Shown here piece by piece: positions 26,011 through 37,835 of a stretch of 64,000 nt of DNA (positions within the stretch are counted from its first letter, which is position 1; every line of letters starts with the position of its first letter). The DNA comes from Octopus vulgaris (taxonomy: Eukaryota), in contig OX597821.1 of the NCBI GenBank assembly GCA_951406725.2, forward strand, positions 29,946,001 to 30,010,000, read 5' to 3'. The notes under the pieces were generated by a model, which was not told where the DNA came from, ran no database searches, and saw only the letters and a program-made list of their open reading frames with translations. The translations under genes were made by a program, and so were the position numbers.

Positions 26011-26126
26011 CGTGCTTTAGCGCGGATAATTGAAATTTTATATATTCAGTGATATATATATATATATATAAAACTTCAATTATCCGCGCTAAAGCACGGG
26101 GGCGAAACCCCATGGTCGCAACCTCA
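25899..26126. repeat. Direct plus inverted repeated segment interleaved with (TA)n; PLE-like rearranged end
   Basis: 25899-25968; partial direct copy 26007-26052; inverted copy 26068-26126. Confidence 0.8.
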
Positions 26127-26454
26127 TAAATTTTTAAATTTTTAACTTTAAATTTAAATAATTTAAATTCTGAATTTTATATTTTATATATATTGTATAT
26201 TATATTTTTTAATTTTATTTCTATGTTTTTGTTTATGTTTTCCACTGTTTGATTTGCCCAATAGTGGTTTTATCTCTAATTTAATATATATATATATATG
26301 TGTTTAAATATTTGTTGCGCAAGATTTTTTATGTGAAGTCGTGTGTTGAAACAGATATTGTTATATTTCGGAATGGTCATATTGCCAGTTTAGCCAATAA
26401 AAACACACGCACTATATATTTGGTGTTATTTTGCTTCAGTGTTATTTATTTTTT

Positions 26455-26522
<68 letters not shown>

Positions 26523-27108
26523 TAATCAAAATAAAAACATGATGCCAAGGATTCAGCGGTACATATGTTTCGGGCCTTTGCTGGTTCAGAGTCATCCAGG
26601 TCATGTCCGAGAGAACGACAAAGAGTGCATGATATTAACAGTGAGTTCAAATCTTGGCAAAGTTTGCATTTGACTTTTATCACTCGCTAATGAGCTTTCT
26701 TCATTTTTCTCCTCCTCCTCCACCTCATCGTCCTCATATTCTCCCCCTCCTCCAATACATTTGTGATTGCAAAGGAACGAAGAAGACCTACGCAGTCGAT
26801 CTACTTTCCATAACAAGACAAATTCCAATATAATATGTACCGTTTCTAAAAGAATAAGGAAAAACACATCGGACACTATATTATCAGATATACACACATT
26901 CAGTTGGTGACGGTTGAGGAAACTTTCATAAGATGTTTACTCGATTCCCACTGACCTAGAGAGGAGCACAACACCAGTATTTTGGAATTTATTGCGGTTT
27001 TATATTTTGGAATCTATTTTTTTCAAGAATTCTATTTTAGAATCATTTTGGAATCTTTTTTTTTCTAGTTAATTTTAGTTATTTTTTTAAAATTTTCAGC
27101 TCATTAAA

Positions 27109-28219
27109 ATGGAATGTCGAGTTAAGGAAAACGAGCATTTTCAACACCTCCTTTCATTTGCTTTCCATCAAGGTTCTAAGGCCGCAAAAGCTGCTCGCGA
27201 CATTTGTGCTGTCTATGGAGAGGATGCCATAGCTGGAAGAACCGCTCGTGATCGGTATGCCAAGTTCAAAAATGGAAATTTTGACCTCAGAGATGCATCT
27301 CGTTCTGGCCGTCTAGTTGAGTTCGATGAAGACCGATTAAACCAACTTTTGCTCGAAAATTCTCGTCAAACCACAAGGGAATTGGTAGAGAAAATAGAAT
27401 GCTCCCACACTGCTATAAAGGAACATGTTCACTCGATGGGAAAGGTTCAGAAGTATAGAGCATGAGTTCCGCATGCTTTATGTGACAACTACAAAAATCA
27501 ACGACCCACAATCTCTGCTGGTTTGCTTTACTTGTCACTGCTCAGCTCATGGACTCAAGCAACGATTTCTTTCCCGAATCGTTACTGGCGACGAAAAAGG
27601 GTACCTGTACATCAATATGAAGCAGCGTAAGGAATGGCTTAGCCCCGGTAAACAAGCGACACAACGCATGAAACAAGATCTTTATCCGCGTAAGACGGTG
27701 TTGTGCGTATGGTGGGACTGGGAAGGGTTTATCCATTACGAATTACTTGAACGGAACCAAACGGTCAACGCAGAACTCTATGTTCCACAGATGGAACGAC
27801 TCAACACAGTTATTCAAGAGAAAAGACCTAATCGGCAGCATGGAGTTCTTCTGCTGCACGACAACGCCAATATGACCAAGGAAGCCATTGAAATGCATGG
27901 CTGGGAAGTGCTTCCACATCCGCCGTACTCTGCTGATTTGGCACCAACGGATTTCCACCTCTTTCGATCTCTTTCAAATGCTATGCGCGGGGTTTCGTTT
28001 AATACTGATTCAGAATTGAGAGCTTGGTTGGATTAATTTTCGGAGTCGAATTCGGGTGATTTCTACCAACGAGGTATTGAAAATGTTGTTGAACCTTGGG
28101 ATGAAGTTGTAAGCAACAAGGGTGAATACATTATTGATTAATTAATTGTTATTTTTTATTAAACCTTTTAAAAAACTCAATTTAATAAAACGGTGGGAAC
28201 TTAGTTGCCCACACAATGT
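27109..28219 (+). mobile_element. mariner transposase pseudogene with 3' TIR
   Basis: HTH N-terminus (AAKAARDICAVYGEDA..RSGR), RIVTGDEKG, VLCVWWDWEG, LLHDNA, HPPYSADLAPTDFHLFRSL; frameshift near 27460 and a premature stop; 5' TIR not found. Confidence 0.95.
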
Positions 28220-28342
28220 ATAAGTAGCTGTGGACTTGTGTCAATGACCAGGTCACAGATGTACCACAAAATGCTTTGCCATTTTACAATATACAATACT
28301 AAAACATGTAAAATAAAATGAATATGTCGGCACATATATGTA

Positions 28343-28403
<61 letters not shown>

Positions 28404-29289
28404 TTTAAATAGCTATCACTAGTCGTCAACGACGTAATTGTTTCGGTTTTAAACTCGATCTCAGAGCAAGTCAGTACAATTCCGAAAATAAATTGCATTA
28501 AAAAGAAACTTGAATATATTTATATATTAATTGATTAATTTATTTATCATATACTTCGTGTATTTATTTCACTTCAGTATGCTTTTCAGATAAGCCTCAA
28601 TGTAACACGTCACTATACTGTTTGCACTTAGATATGAGAGAATAAATTAAATTCCTGAATGCCTCAAATTTCCCAGAGAATTCAAAGAAAGCTATTTATA
28701 AACATGTTCTTGAACGTTAAGAAAATAAAATGAAATAAAAGAAAGATGGTTTTAAATATCGTGTAAGTTCGTTTTCTTAAAAAATATATACTGCGTGGTA
28801 AAGAGCATGTCTTCTACAAAGGCCCCGGGCCGTCTAATGTCTTGAGTGAAGATTTGGTAGACGGTGAAAGAAACCCTTTGTGCGCGCGCATGTGTGTGAT
28901 TGTGTTTGTGCTTATTCTCACCACCGCTTGACAACCATGTTGGTTTGTTTACGTCTCTGTAAGTTAGCAGGTCGGCAGGAAGTGACCGATAGAAAATTAT
29001 CCAAATTTGAAATAAATAATTTAAAATAAATAATAAGATAGAAGAATAACCAACTATAATATAATATAGTTTTAAATATCGCGTAAGTATTATATGTTTA
29101 GTGAAAATTATACGTATTCTATGTTTAATTTCAAATTACTCCACATGAAATTTGAATTTAATATTTAAATTTCATTTAATACACTTAGAAGTATGTTTTT
29201 CTCTGCTAATCACAATCTGCAATTGTTTAGGGTGGGTTAGAAAATATAGCGGTTCAAGGTCGTGTAGGAAGACATTGAGCTAGAATAAA

Positions 29290-31066
29290 TAATAATGGTT
29301 TCAAATTTTGGCACAGGCGCAGAAGACTTCGAGGGGAAGAAAAAGTCAGTCACACCGAACCCAAGTAGTTGACTGGTATAATTTTACCAATTGCGAAAGG
29401 ATTAAAGACAAAGTCAACCGCGATACAACTCGTGATGTGAACGTAAAATACGGACGAAATGTCGCTAAGCATTGTGTTCGGCGAGCTAACTGTTATGTCA
29501 GCTCAGTGACTGAATAAAAATGATCCTGGTGGAATTTGAACTAAGAATGCTAGAATAAAATAATATAGTATTTGATTTAGGCACAACGCCGGTAATTTTA
29601 CGAGTAGGGTCTGTCGATGGCATCAATCTCAGTACTTGAATGTTTTTCTTTTTCATTTTACCGATAATGAATGGATAAAAGTTAAAATTCTCCTCGGTGA
29701 AATTTGAGCTCAGAACTTAAAGAGTCGGAGCAAATACGACGTTCTGAAAATTCTTTCAGTATGCTGCTTATTTGAGCCATAATAAGGATTTCTGACTTAA
29801 GCACAAGTCTAGTAATATTGCAGGGAGGGTTCTAGACGATTATATCGACCCCGGTGTACGACTAGTATTTATTTTATCGACTCCGAAAAGCAAAGTCGAC
29901 TTCAGCGGAAGGATCTCTACCTTTTGACCTAAAGATTTAAAAAAATTATTTTTTGTAACTAAACACCTTCAAACTTCGGACACTGGAAGAATGTGTCATA
30001 TAAAACATCTTTTACTCTTAGCGTTTTTGAGAAAAAACTAATATTTAAGAAGTTATTTCACGTTCAAGTTGTCCTATTTCGGTAATTTCAACCAGTCAGT
30101 GACGTCTATTCAGCTGAATAAAATTACTGCCGTTGTTTGTCAGCAATAACTTCCGGCGGTGTATTTTTCGTTTGTCACCGTTATTTATGATATCCCTAAC
30201 CCTAACCCTAAAACCCCAAACCTAACCCTAAAACCAGTACAAATGCACGAAAGATGTCATAAATAACGGTGACAAACGAAAAATACTCCACCGATAGTTG
30301 TTGTTGACAAACAACGGCAGTAATTTTATTCAGCTGAATACACGTCATTGATTGGTTGAAATTACCAAAATAGGACTACTTTAATGTGAAATAACTTCGT
30401 AAATATAAGTTTTTCTCAAAAATGCTAAGAGTAAAAGATGTTTTATATGACACATTCTACCAATGTCCGAAGTTTGAAAGTGTTTAGTTACAAAAAATTA
30501 TTTTTTAAATCTGTAGGTCAAAAGGTAAAGATCCCAGCGGAATTTGAACTGGAAACACAGAGATGAATGAAATGCTGATTCTGCTAGTTTGTCGTCTTAT
30601 TTGAGCTACAATAACGACCTATGATTTAGGCGCAAGCCTAGTAATTATGAAGGAAGAATGTTAGTCGATACCATCGAGTCCCAGTACTTAGACTGGTATT
30701 TTATTTTATCGACCCCGGAGGAATGAAAGATGGAGTTGTTCTCGGCAAGATTTGAACTCAGAAGGAAAAGAACCAGAGCAACTATAACAAAATATTTTAC
30801 ACACACTCTAATGGTTTTACGAAATCAGAGGTTTTTAAATCTACAATAATTTTTCTCTGATTTTGTCACAAGGGCAGAAATTTTGAGCATGTGTATGTGT
30901 GGGGGTGCAATTCGATTGCATCGATGAGCCCGGGATTTTGCTATTATTTCAGTTAAACGACTGAAGCATGAAGGGTAAAATTGACATCGGCGGGATTTGA
31001 GCTCAAAACGTAAAGAGCGAGAATAACTACTAAATATTTTGGTAATATTTGGTTAGCTCACAGCCT
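29290..31066 (-). mobile_element. Head-to-tail array of five SINE family B copies (one interrupted by a MITE)
   Basis: Repeated TTTATCGAC/GAATTTGAACTC motifs at ~250-bp period, separated by a TTTGAGCTACAATAA-like spacer. Confidence 0.8.
29911..30534. mobile_element. Foldback GGATC-ended MITE (Merlin-like) with ~280-bp arms and a (CCCTAA)n centre
   Basis: 8-bp TSD CAGCGGAA at 29903-29910 and 30535-30542; arms 29911-30193 and 30253-30534. Confidence 0.95.
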
Positions 31067-31201
31067 ATTATTTGAACTACACTAATAGATATAATTGTGA
31101 GTAGATTACATAAGTTTTAAATATTTTATGGAATGGAGGATAAAGGAAAGGATTTAAATGTCAGTACTCCATAGGCTGGTATTTCATTTATTTCTAAAAA
31201 A

Positions 31202-31433
31202 GGGGTGAGCTGGTAGAAACGTTAGCACGCCGGGCGAAATGCGTAGCCTTATTTCGTCTGCCATTACGTTCTGGGTTCAAATTCCGCCGAGTCCGACTTT
31301 GCCTTTCATTCTTTCGGGGTCGATAAATTAAGTAACAGTTACGCACTAGGGGTCGATATAATCGACTTAATCCGTTTGTCTGTCCTTGTTTGTCCTCTCT
31401 GTGTTTAGCCACTTGTGGGTAGTAAAGAAATAT
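31202..31433 (+). mobile_element. SINE family B, subfamily with a Tx1-like tail
   Basis: GAGCTGGTAGAAACGTTAGCACG head, GGGTTCAAATTCC B-box, Meta-like core, tail TGTCCTCTCTGTGTTTAGCCACTTGTGGGTAGTAAAGAAAT. Confidence 0.9.
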
Positions 31434-31734
31434 GTATTTGACTTATTTCTAAAAGACGAGAGAAAACGTCAAGCATGGAAGATATTTGAACTAAAACTAG
31501 TGTGAAATGCAAGTAAGCCAGAGAGAGCGCTGTCATTTCGAACATTTTACTACTTTTGATAATAAGAATTTTAAACCTTGGTAGACCATAATATTAACAT
31601 TTTTTGAAGGAGTGGGACATCTGATCAAATAGAATCCAATGATTAGGTTTATTTTGTATTCAAATTAGTGACGTATACCATTGTCTCTTACACGTTTCCA
31701 ACAGACCAATCACTAGTTCACTTCACTTCTGAAG

Positions 31735-33095
31735 CTGAAAGTGACAGGCAGTAACTTGAGGGACTTAATTCGGAAAGACCCGTTTTGTTTCTTTTTTACT
31801 TTATCCGTTGATATTTATCAACAGAATAAGTGTGTATGTGTATGCCTGATCCCATACATGCATTCATGCACATACGCATACACTGGTAGTTGTGCCCCAA
31901 CATGGGCAAAACTCGTTTGCTACAAGTAGTAAAATCATATACAATCGGTTTCCTAACAGTTACTATCTATACAATTCTCCACACAAAATATTGATCAGTT
32001 CTAGGCTAATGCACAATGGAATTGAAACCGGAAATAACTGTTTGGGAAATGAAAATCTTAACCGTACTGCTATGTCTACACCAATGATACTTAAATAATC
32101 TATTCGGAAATGACGAATATCAAAGTATACCATAGCCGGATTAGAACTGAAATCATAGAACAACATAGCTATATGCTGAAAAACATTTAGGCGGTTCGTA
32201 AACCACTGCCCTACTGCTTTAGGAAATCATACATGAATAGTCTTGCCATTATTATTGCAGAACAAGGAGGTGGTAAATCTTTTGTGTATTTTTTCAGTTT
32301 TAAAGTATGTACAACCAAAGCTAATTATAACTTAACTTACATCGCCTCTAGGATGAATATTTGTATTGTTCGGCTTCATTTGATTTTGGAATCTCCAGGA
32401 ATTGTTGTGGGTATTTCAACATTTAGCGTAAACTACTTGGCAGAAAAAAAATACAGCCAGCTGGAGTTTATATAATCTGTGTTAAGACTGCATGAAATTT
32501 GCAAGCTACAGTGTTAGTGGTTAAGATAGAAAACTGGCCGGGGTGTTAAATTGTTCGTTATGTTACTTCGCTGTATTCATTCTGGCTCTCTTCGCACTGA
32601 TACTACTGCTGTCAGCTCTGCCTTTCATCAGTTCTAGGTAGGTAAATAAAATGCTTGTATTGTTGTCCATTCTTTTCTTTCTGTTTTTCTCTCTTTCTTG
32701 AAGAAGCAAACTGTTTTCAAACGTGATGACGGCTGTATTCACTAGGTCTAAAACAGCCATCAGGAGGTGAGGACACAGGGCAATGTAATGAAATTTTTGC
32801 CTATTTTTGTTTATTTCCAGGTCGTCACCGATTAATCAGACCTATGATGACACATTATTCAGTCCTTATCATCCGTTATATTTTTGTGTCCTGAAAGTGA
32901 CAAGCAATAACTTAAGGGACTCAATTCGGAAAGACCCGTTTTTTTAAAAAAATTCTATTCGTTGATATGTATCAGCAAAATGAGTGTGTATGTATGTGCC
33001 TGATCTATACATGCATCCATACACATACGCATACATTGGTAGTTGTGCCCCAACATGGGCAAAACTCGCTTGCTACAAGTAGTAAAATCATATAC
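31735..33095. repeat. Pair of ~205-bp direct repeats (31735-31942 and 32891-33095)
   Basis: Both run CTGAAAGTGACA...AATTCGGAAAGACCCGTT...GGTAGTTGTGCCCCAACATGGGCAAAACTCG...AAAATCATATAC. Confidence 0.92.
32528..32766 (+). CDS. Candidate two-exon fragment (32528-32637 and 32704-32766) with a hydrophobic segment
   Basis: Donor AG|GTAGGT at 32638, long polypyrimidine tract plus AAG acceptor, donor GAG|GTGAGG; phase-compatible RKLAGVLNCSLCYFAVFILALFALILLLSALPFISSRSKLFSNVMTAVFTRSKTAIR. In-frame stop upstream and no good 5' acceptor or ATG. Confidence 0.3.
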
Positions 33096-33218
33096 CATAG
33101 TTGTGATGGCTAAAACAGTCTAAAGAATATACAAGGAAAAAAAAACAAAATAAACGCCTTTCACACGCAAGCTGAAAGTATGGGTAACGATAATCGTCAC
33201 GATTAAAAGCCATCTGAA

Positions 33219-33897
33219 GGCAGCGAGCTGGCAAAATCGTTAGCGCGTCGGGCGAAATACGACGTGGTATTTCGCTCATCCATACGTCTGGAGTTCAAAT
33301 ACCGTCGAGGTCGACTTTGCCTTTCATCATTTCTAGGTTGATTAAATAAGTACCTGTTTCGCACTAGGGTCGATTTAATCGACTTCATCCCTTCCCCAAA
33401 GCTGCCCTTGTGGTAAAAAATTTAAATATTTATTAAACCACATCTGAAAGTGGTGAGCTGGAAGAATTGTTAGCACGTCGAGCAAAATGCTTCGCGGCAT
33501 TTTGTCCGTCTTCCCGTGCTGATTTCAAATTCAGCCCAGGTCGACTTTGCCTCTCATCCTTTCAAGGTGATAAATAAAGTATCAATGAAATTCTGGGGGT
33601 TAATGTAATCGACTAGCCCCCTCCCACAAAATTTCAGGCCTTGTGCCTTTTGTAGGAATGACCAGTAGACCACATCTGAAGGCAGCAAGCTGGCAGAATC
33701 CTTAGCCAGCCTGGCAAAATGCTTAATCGGTATAGCGTTCGTCTTCACGTTATGAGTCTAAATTTCGCCATGGAAAATTTTGCTTTTCATCCTTTCAGGG
33801 TCGTTAAAATAGGTACCAGTTGAGAAGTACGTTTGATGTAATCGTCCTGCCTCCCCCGCAAAATTTCTGGTCTTGTGTCAAAATTTGAAACCAGTTT
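33219..33897 (+). mobile_element. Head-to-tail array of three SINE family B copies
   Basis: Heads at ~33219, ~33449 and 33681, each preceded by a CATCTGAA-containing spacer. Confidence 0.9.
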
Positions 33898-34754
33898 TAA
33901 CCCACATATAACACTCCAGAAAAGCTCATCTTATGCGAATTGTATATTTATTAAATTTCTGTGTTATCAACGAAGACAGTAAAGAAAAACGGACGAGATG
34001 ATATAACTTCTATTGGAAATCGAACCTGACCCTTGAATGCTACTTACGAAATGACGCATGAAAAGTAAGATTAGCTGCCATTCTTCGATGACTAGTCTTA
34101 ATTGTAATGAGCAATGTAATAATTATGTATGCAATTATCTCTTTATTACTATGAGCTGGTTGATGCATATATATATGCGATGCATGTTGTGAATGAAATA
34201 AATGAATAGCGTTTGTGATGCTTGTGTGTGTTTGTGGTAGTGCGTGTTAAGTGTACCTGCATATCTCTGTGATTATTATTGCGTGTCCATGTGTATGTGT
34301 AGTGTGCATCCATTTATGAATATTCAATAAAGATTATGCTCTAGATGTAGCTTGTTACGGAGCACGTATACGGGAAGTAATTTGATTAATATGAAAGGAA
34401 GACGTGTGCACAATGATTTTGATTGCATATCTATTGGCACATAGATCAGATATTAGTTGACAGGAAGGAAAAATGGTGTGGTGGGGGAGGTAACTGGTTT
34501 TCATTAAACCAATGAGAAAACAAGGGGCTAACGAGAAAGATCTTCGGCCTTTGTCTTTTAATACAATAAAAACAACAGCCAAATAATCCTCAAATCATTC
34601 CCTTATGTTTTAAAAAGAGGAGGGGCGCATTCGATAATATAGCAATAGATCCTCACCAAAATTGAAGATATTGAAAAGTAATACTGAATTTCCATTTGTT
34701 AAGTTGTGGGCGTTGTGGTAAAATAAAAATTAGATTGCACCAGATTTTAGAACT

Positions 34755-34806
<52 letters not shown>

Positions 34807-34846
34807 GCATATGTATATTTATATATGCATGCATGTGTATATATGC

Positions 34847-34894
<48 letters not shown>

Positions 34895-35217
34895 GAAAGA
34901 GAGAGAGAAGCATTTGTAAATTGTGAGACCCGAAGCAGAAGTCTGTTTAGATTTTTGACTAAGAACTGTACTGCTCACAACTGAGAAACTTCTGATTAAG
35001 GGCCTGTTGAGTAGGGTTCATTGGAGCTACAGCAACTTTTTTATGTAAACGAAAAGAAAACCTTCAGAAAGATTTTAAATCGGAAGGGAAATACAGGAAA
35101 TGAAATATTTTAAGGAATTCAGTCTGCCACGTACGACGCGATGTACAGCATATGGATTTCATGTATTGACAATAAGTAGAACACACACACACACACACAC
35201 ACTCACACACACACACA

Positions 35218-35295
<78 letters not shown>

Positions 35296-35949
35296 ATATT
35301 TATTGGCGTGTCCGTCAGACCAGCGTAATGGCATCATTCGAAAGCAAAAACGATGCGAGGAATTGCATTAAAACCAGCGGTGTATAATAACATCCGATAT
35401 AGCTTTATATATATATTTACACAATATATGCAAGATATGTGTAAATACATATATCCTTGCATTTGGATTCATTAAATCACATCTACTGATGTTAGTCAAT
35501 GAAAGGACTGCTACATCTCTCCTCGACCTGCTAGAAATATCAGCCAAGACTTCCTCAAGTCACACTGAATCATCTATAGAAAAGAAACATTGGCGTATAC
35601 ATACTGTGATGCAAACACCAAAGACTCGTATTTTCATGTGATTAAACCGCTTCTTATACGTCTATATCATTACTTCAGTTGCGAACCTTCAAACTCAGTA
35701 GGCAAGAATTTATACCGGCTTCCCTGATGTATAAGCGACCCAAAGTAGAAAGCGCCTTCTACAGCGTGAATCCAACACCATTGCATCGCAGGAGTGTTGG
35801 TGCTCATCTTCTCCAGAGTTAAGTGGAGTATTGTAAAATTAGGTATTTTGCTCAAGACTACAAGGGAAATTATTGTATGGAATCGAACTATAACCTTGCA
35901 ATCGTGAGTTCAACACCTTGGACGTCAGGACATTTGTCTTCTCAAATAT

Positions 35950-36150
35950 TGGTTTTAAATTTTGGCACAAGTTCAGAAATTTCGTAGTGTGGTTTAAGTC
36001 GATTATATCGTTCCCAGATAATTACTTTATCGATTCAGAAAAGATGAAAGGTAAAGTCGACCACAGCGAAATCTAAACTTTCAAACGTAAAAACGGATGA
36101 AATTCCGCTGAGCATTTTGCCCAGCATGCTAACGATCCTGCAAGCTCGCC
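35950..36150 (-). mobile_element. SINE family B
   Basis: AAATTTTGGCACAAG tail, GATGAAAGGTAAAGTCGAC core, GCTAACGATCCTGCAAGCTCGCC head. Confidence 0.82.
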
Positions 36151-36251
36151 ATTTCATGCCTTACCATCTATTAATTGTACTCAAGAGCGTAAGCGAGACT
36201 AACTTTTAGGTACTCACCCCTAATGACCACGCTGATCAAGGTAGTTTACTG

Positions 36252-36552
36252 TTGTTGTTTGTTCCTTCTCGAGCCATGCCTGGCTCATAAGGGCCGGTTT
36301 CCCGGTTTCCTTGGCGTATAGGTTTCCCACCTGGACGGGAAGCCGGTCCGTCGCAGGTGAGCTGCAAGATGCAGGAGGAAAGAGTGAAAGTTGTGGCGAA
36401 AGAGTCAGCAGAAGTTTCGCCATTACCTTCTGCAGGAGCTGCGTGGAGCTTAGGTCTTTCGCTCATAAACACACACATCTCCCGGTCTGAGATTCGAACC
36501 CGCGATCCCTCGACCGTGAGTCCGCTGCTCTAACCACTAGGCCATGTGCCTC
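36252..36552 (-). mobile_element. Young tRNA-derived SINE family C with a V-domain-like 3' part
   Basis: A-box TGGCCTAGTGG, B-box GGTTCGAATCT, (AAC)n tail, 15-bp TSD CAAGGTAGTTTACTG at 36237-36251 and 36553-36567. Confidence 0.95.
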
Positions 36553-37189
36553 CAAGGTAGTTTACTGCTGACCATAAACACATTTTCAATTTTACTATCC
36601 CTCTAAATGCTTTAAATTCTTCTCAACAGGTCTTTGAACTGTAAGTAAACTCCCGTTGAGGTTTGGATGATGGATTAGCAGAATCGTTAGAGCGTTGCGC
36701 AAAATATCTTACCGTATTTCTTTCGAAACGAATTTTATGATACACGTGACTCAACTTTTAGTATTAAGACTTCTACCGTCAAATGTTTTATTTTTTTTCT
36801 TAACTTGCTAAGTTGTAAGGCATGCACACACACACATACACACACACACACACACATACACACACACACACACACACACAAACACACAACGCACGCATAC
36901 GTACACACACACACACACAAACAAGCACATGCCGACGAACACACATATTTATGCGCACATGTACACAGAAAAACACAGAGAGGGGAAGAAGGAGAGTGGG
37001 AAAGTAAGAAAGAGGGAGAGAAAGAGAAGGAGAGCGTGTGAATGAAAAAGAACAACACATTAATCATTGCTTCGGGACGTGATAAAACTAGATGTCTCTC
37101 CTCAGGCCTGGACTCAGATCGGTCAAGCTGACCCTTGAAAATACGGTTGATATCATGAAAAACAAGACCGCAATATTACAGCTCAATAA

Positions 37190-37600
37190 GGCGGCGAACC
37201 GGCAGAATCGTAAGCATGCTGAAGAAAATGCTTATCGGCATTTCGCCCGTCTTTACGTTCTGAGTTCAAATTCCACCGAGGTCCGCATTGCCTTTCATCC
37301 TTTCGGGGTCAATAAGATAAATACCAGTTGAGCACAGTGATGTTGATGTAAGCGGCTTCATCGCGCCTCCGAAATTCCTGATCTTGTGCTCAAATTTGAA
37401 ACCAATATTATGGCTTAAAATGGCAGCGAGCTGGTAGAAACGTTAGCGCGCCGGGCGAAATGCTTAGCAGTATTTCGTCTGCCGTTACGTCATGAGTTCA
37501 AATTTCGCCGAAGTCGACTTTGCCTTTCGGGGTCGATTAAATAAGTACCAGTTACACACTGGGTTCGATATAATCGACTTAATATGTTTGTCTCTCCTTG
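37190..37600 (+). mobile_element. Two tandem SINE family B copies
   Basis: Heads at 37190 and 37422; spacers CAATATTACAGCTCAATAA and CAATATTATGGCTTAAAAT. Confidence 0.88.
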
Positions 37601-37664
<64 letters not shown>

Positions 37665-37743
37665 AATCTATCCAGCCATCCGTTTGTCCGTCCGTTCGTC
37701 TACCTACCTACCTACCTACCTACCTACCTACCTCTCTACCTAC

Positions 37744-37781
<38 letters not shown>

Positions 37782-37835
37782 GCCCGCCTATCTATCTACC
37801 CTATCTACCTATCCATGCATCCATCCATCTATCTA
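37601..37835. repeat. (CTAT)n/(CTAC)n tetranucleotide repeat
   Basis: Direct reading. Confidence 0.96.

Noticed and set aside
27109-28141. Active or domesticated mariner transposase gene
   Set aside because: Frameshift, premature stops, a deletion after HDNA, and no 5' TIR.
30194-30233. Telomere or chromosome-fusion remnant
   Set aside because: The short (CCCTAA)n tracts lie inside TIR-bounded MITEs.
29275-31085. CRISPR-like repeat/spacer array
   Set aside because: Eukaryotic context, no cas genes, the long units are homologous SINEs and the short repeats are degenerate.
34560-34650. Recurrent AGCAGCCAAAT..CCTCAAATCA motif (also ~8320, ~20550, ~35530, ~57480)
   Set aside because: Probably another old dispersed repeat, too degenerate to delimit or classify by eye.
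36480-36552. Functional tRNA gene (also 3321-3395)
   Set aside because: A/B boxes are present but there is no closed acceptor stem or terminator; the 36.3-kb head continues into a SINE body with a TSD and the 3.3-kb head into (AAT)n.
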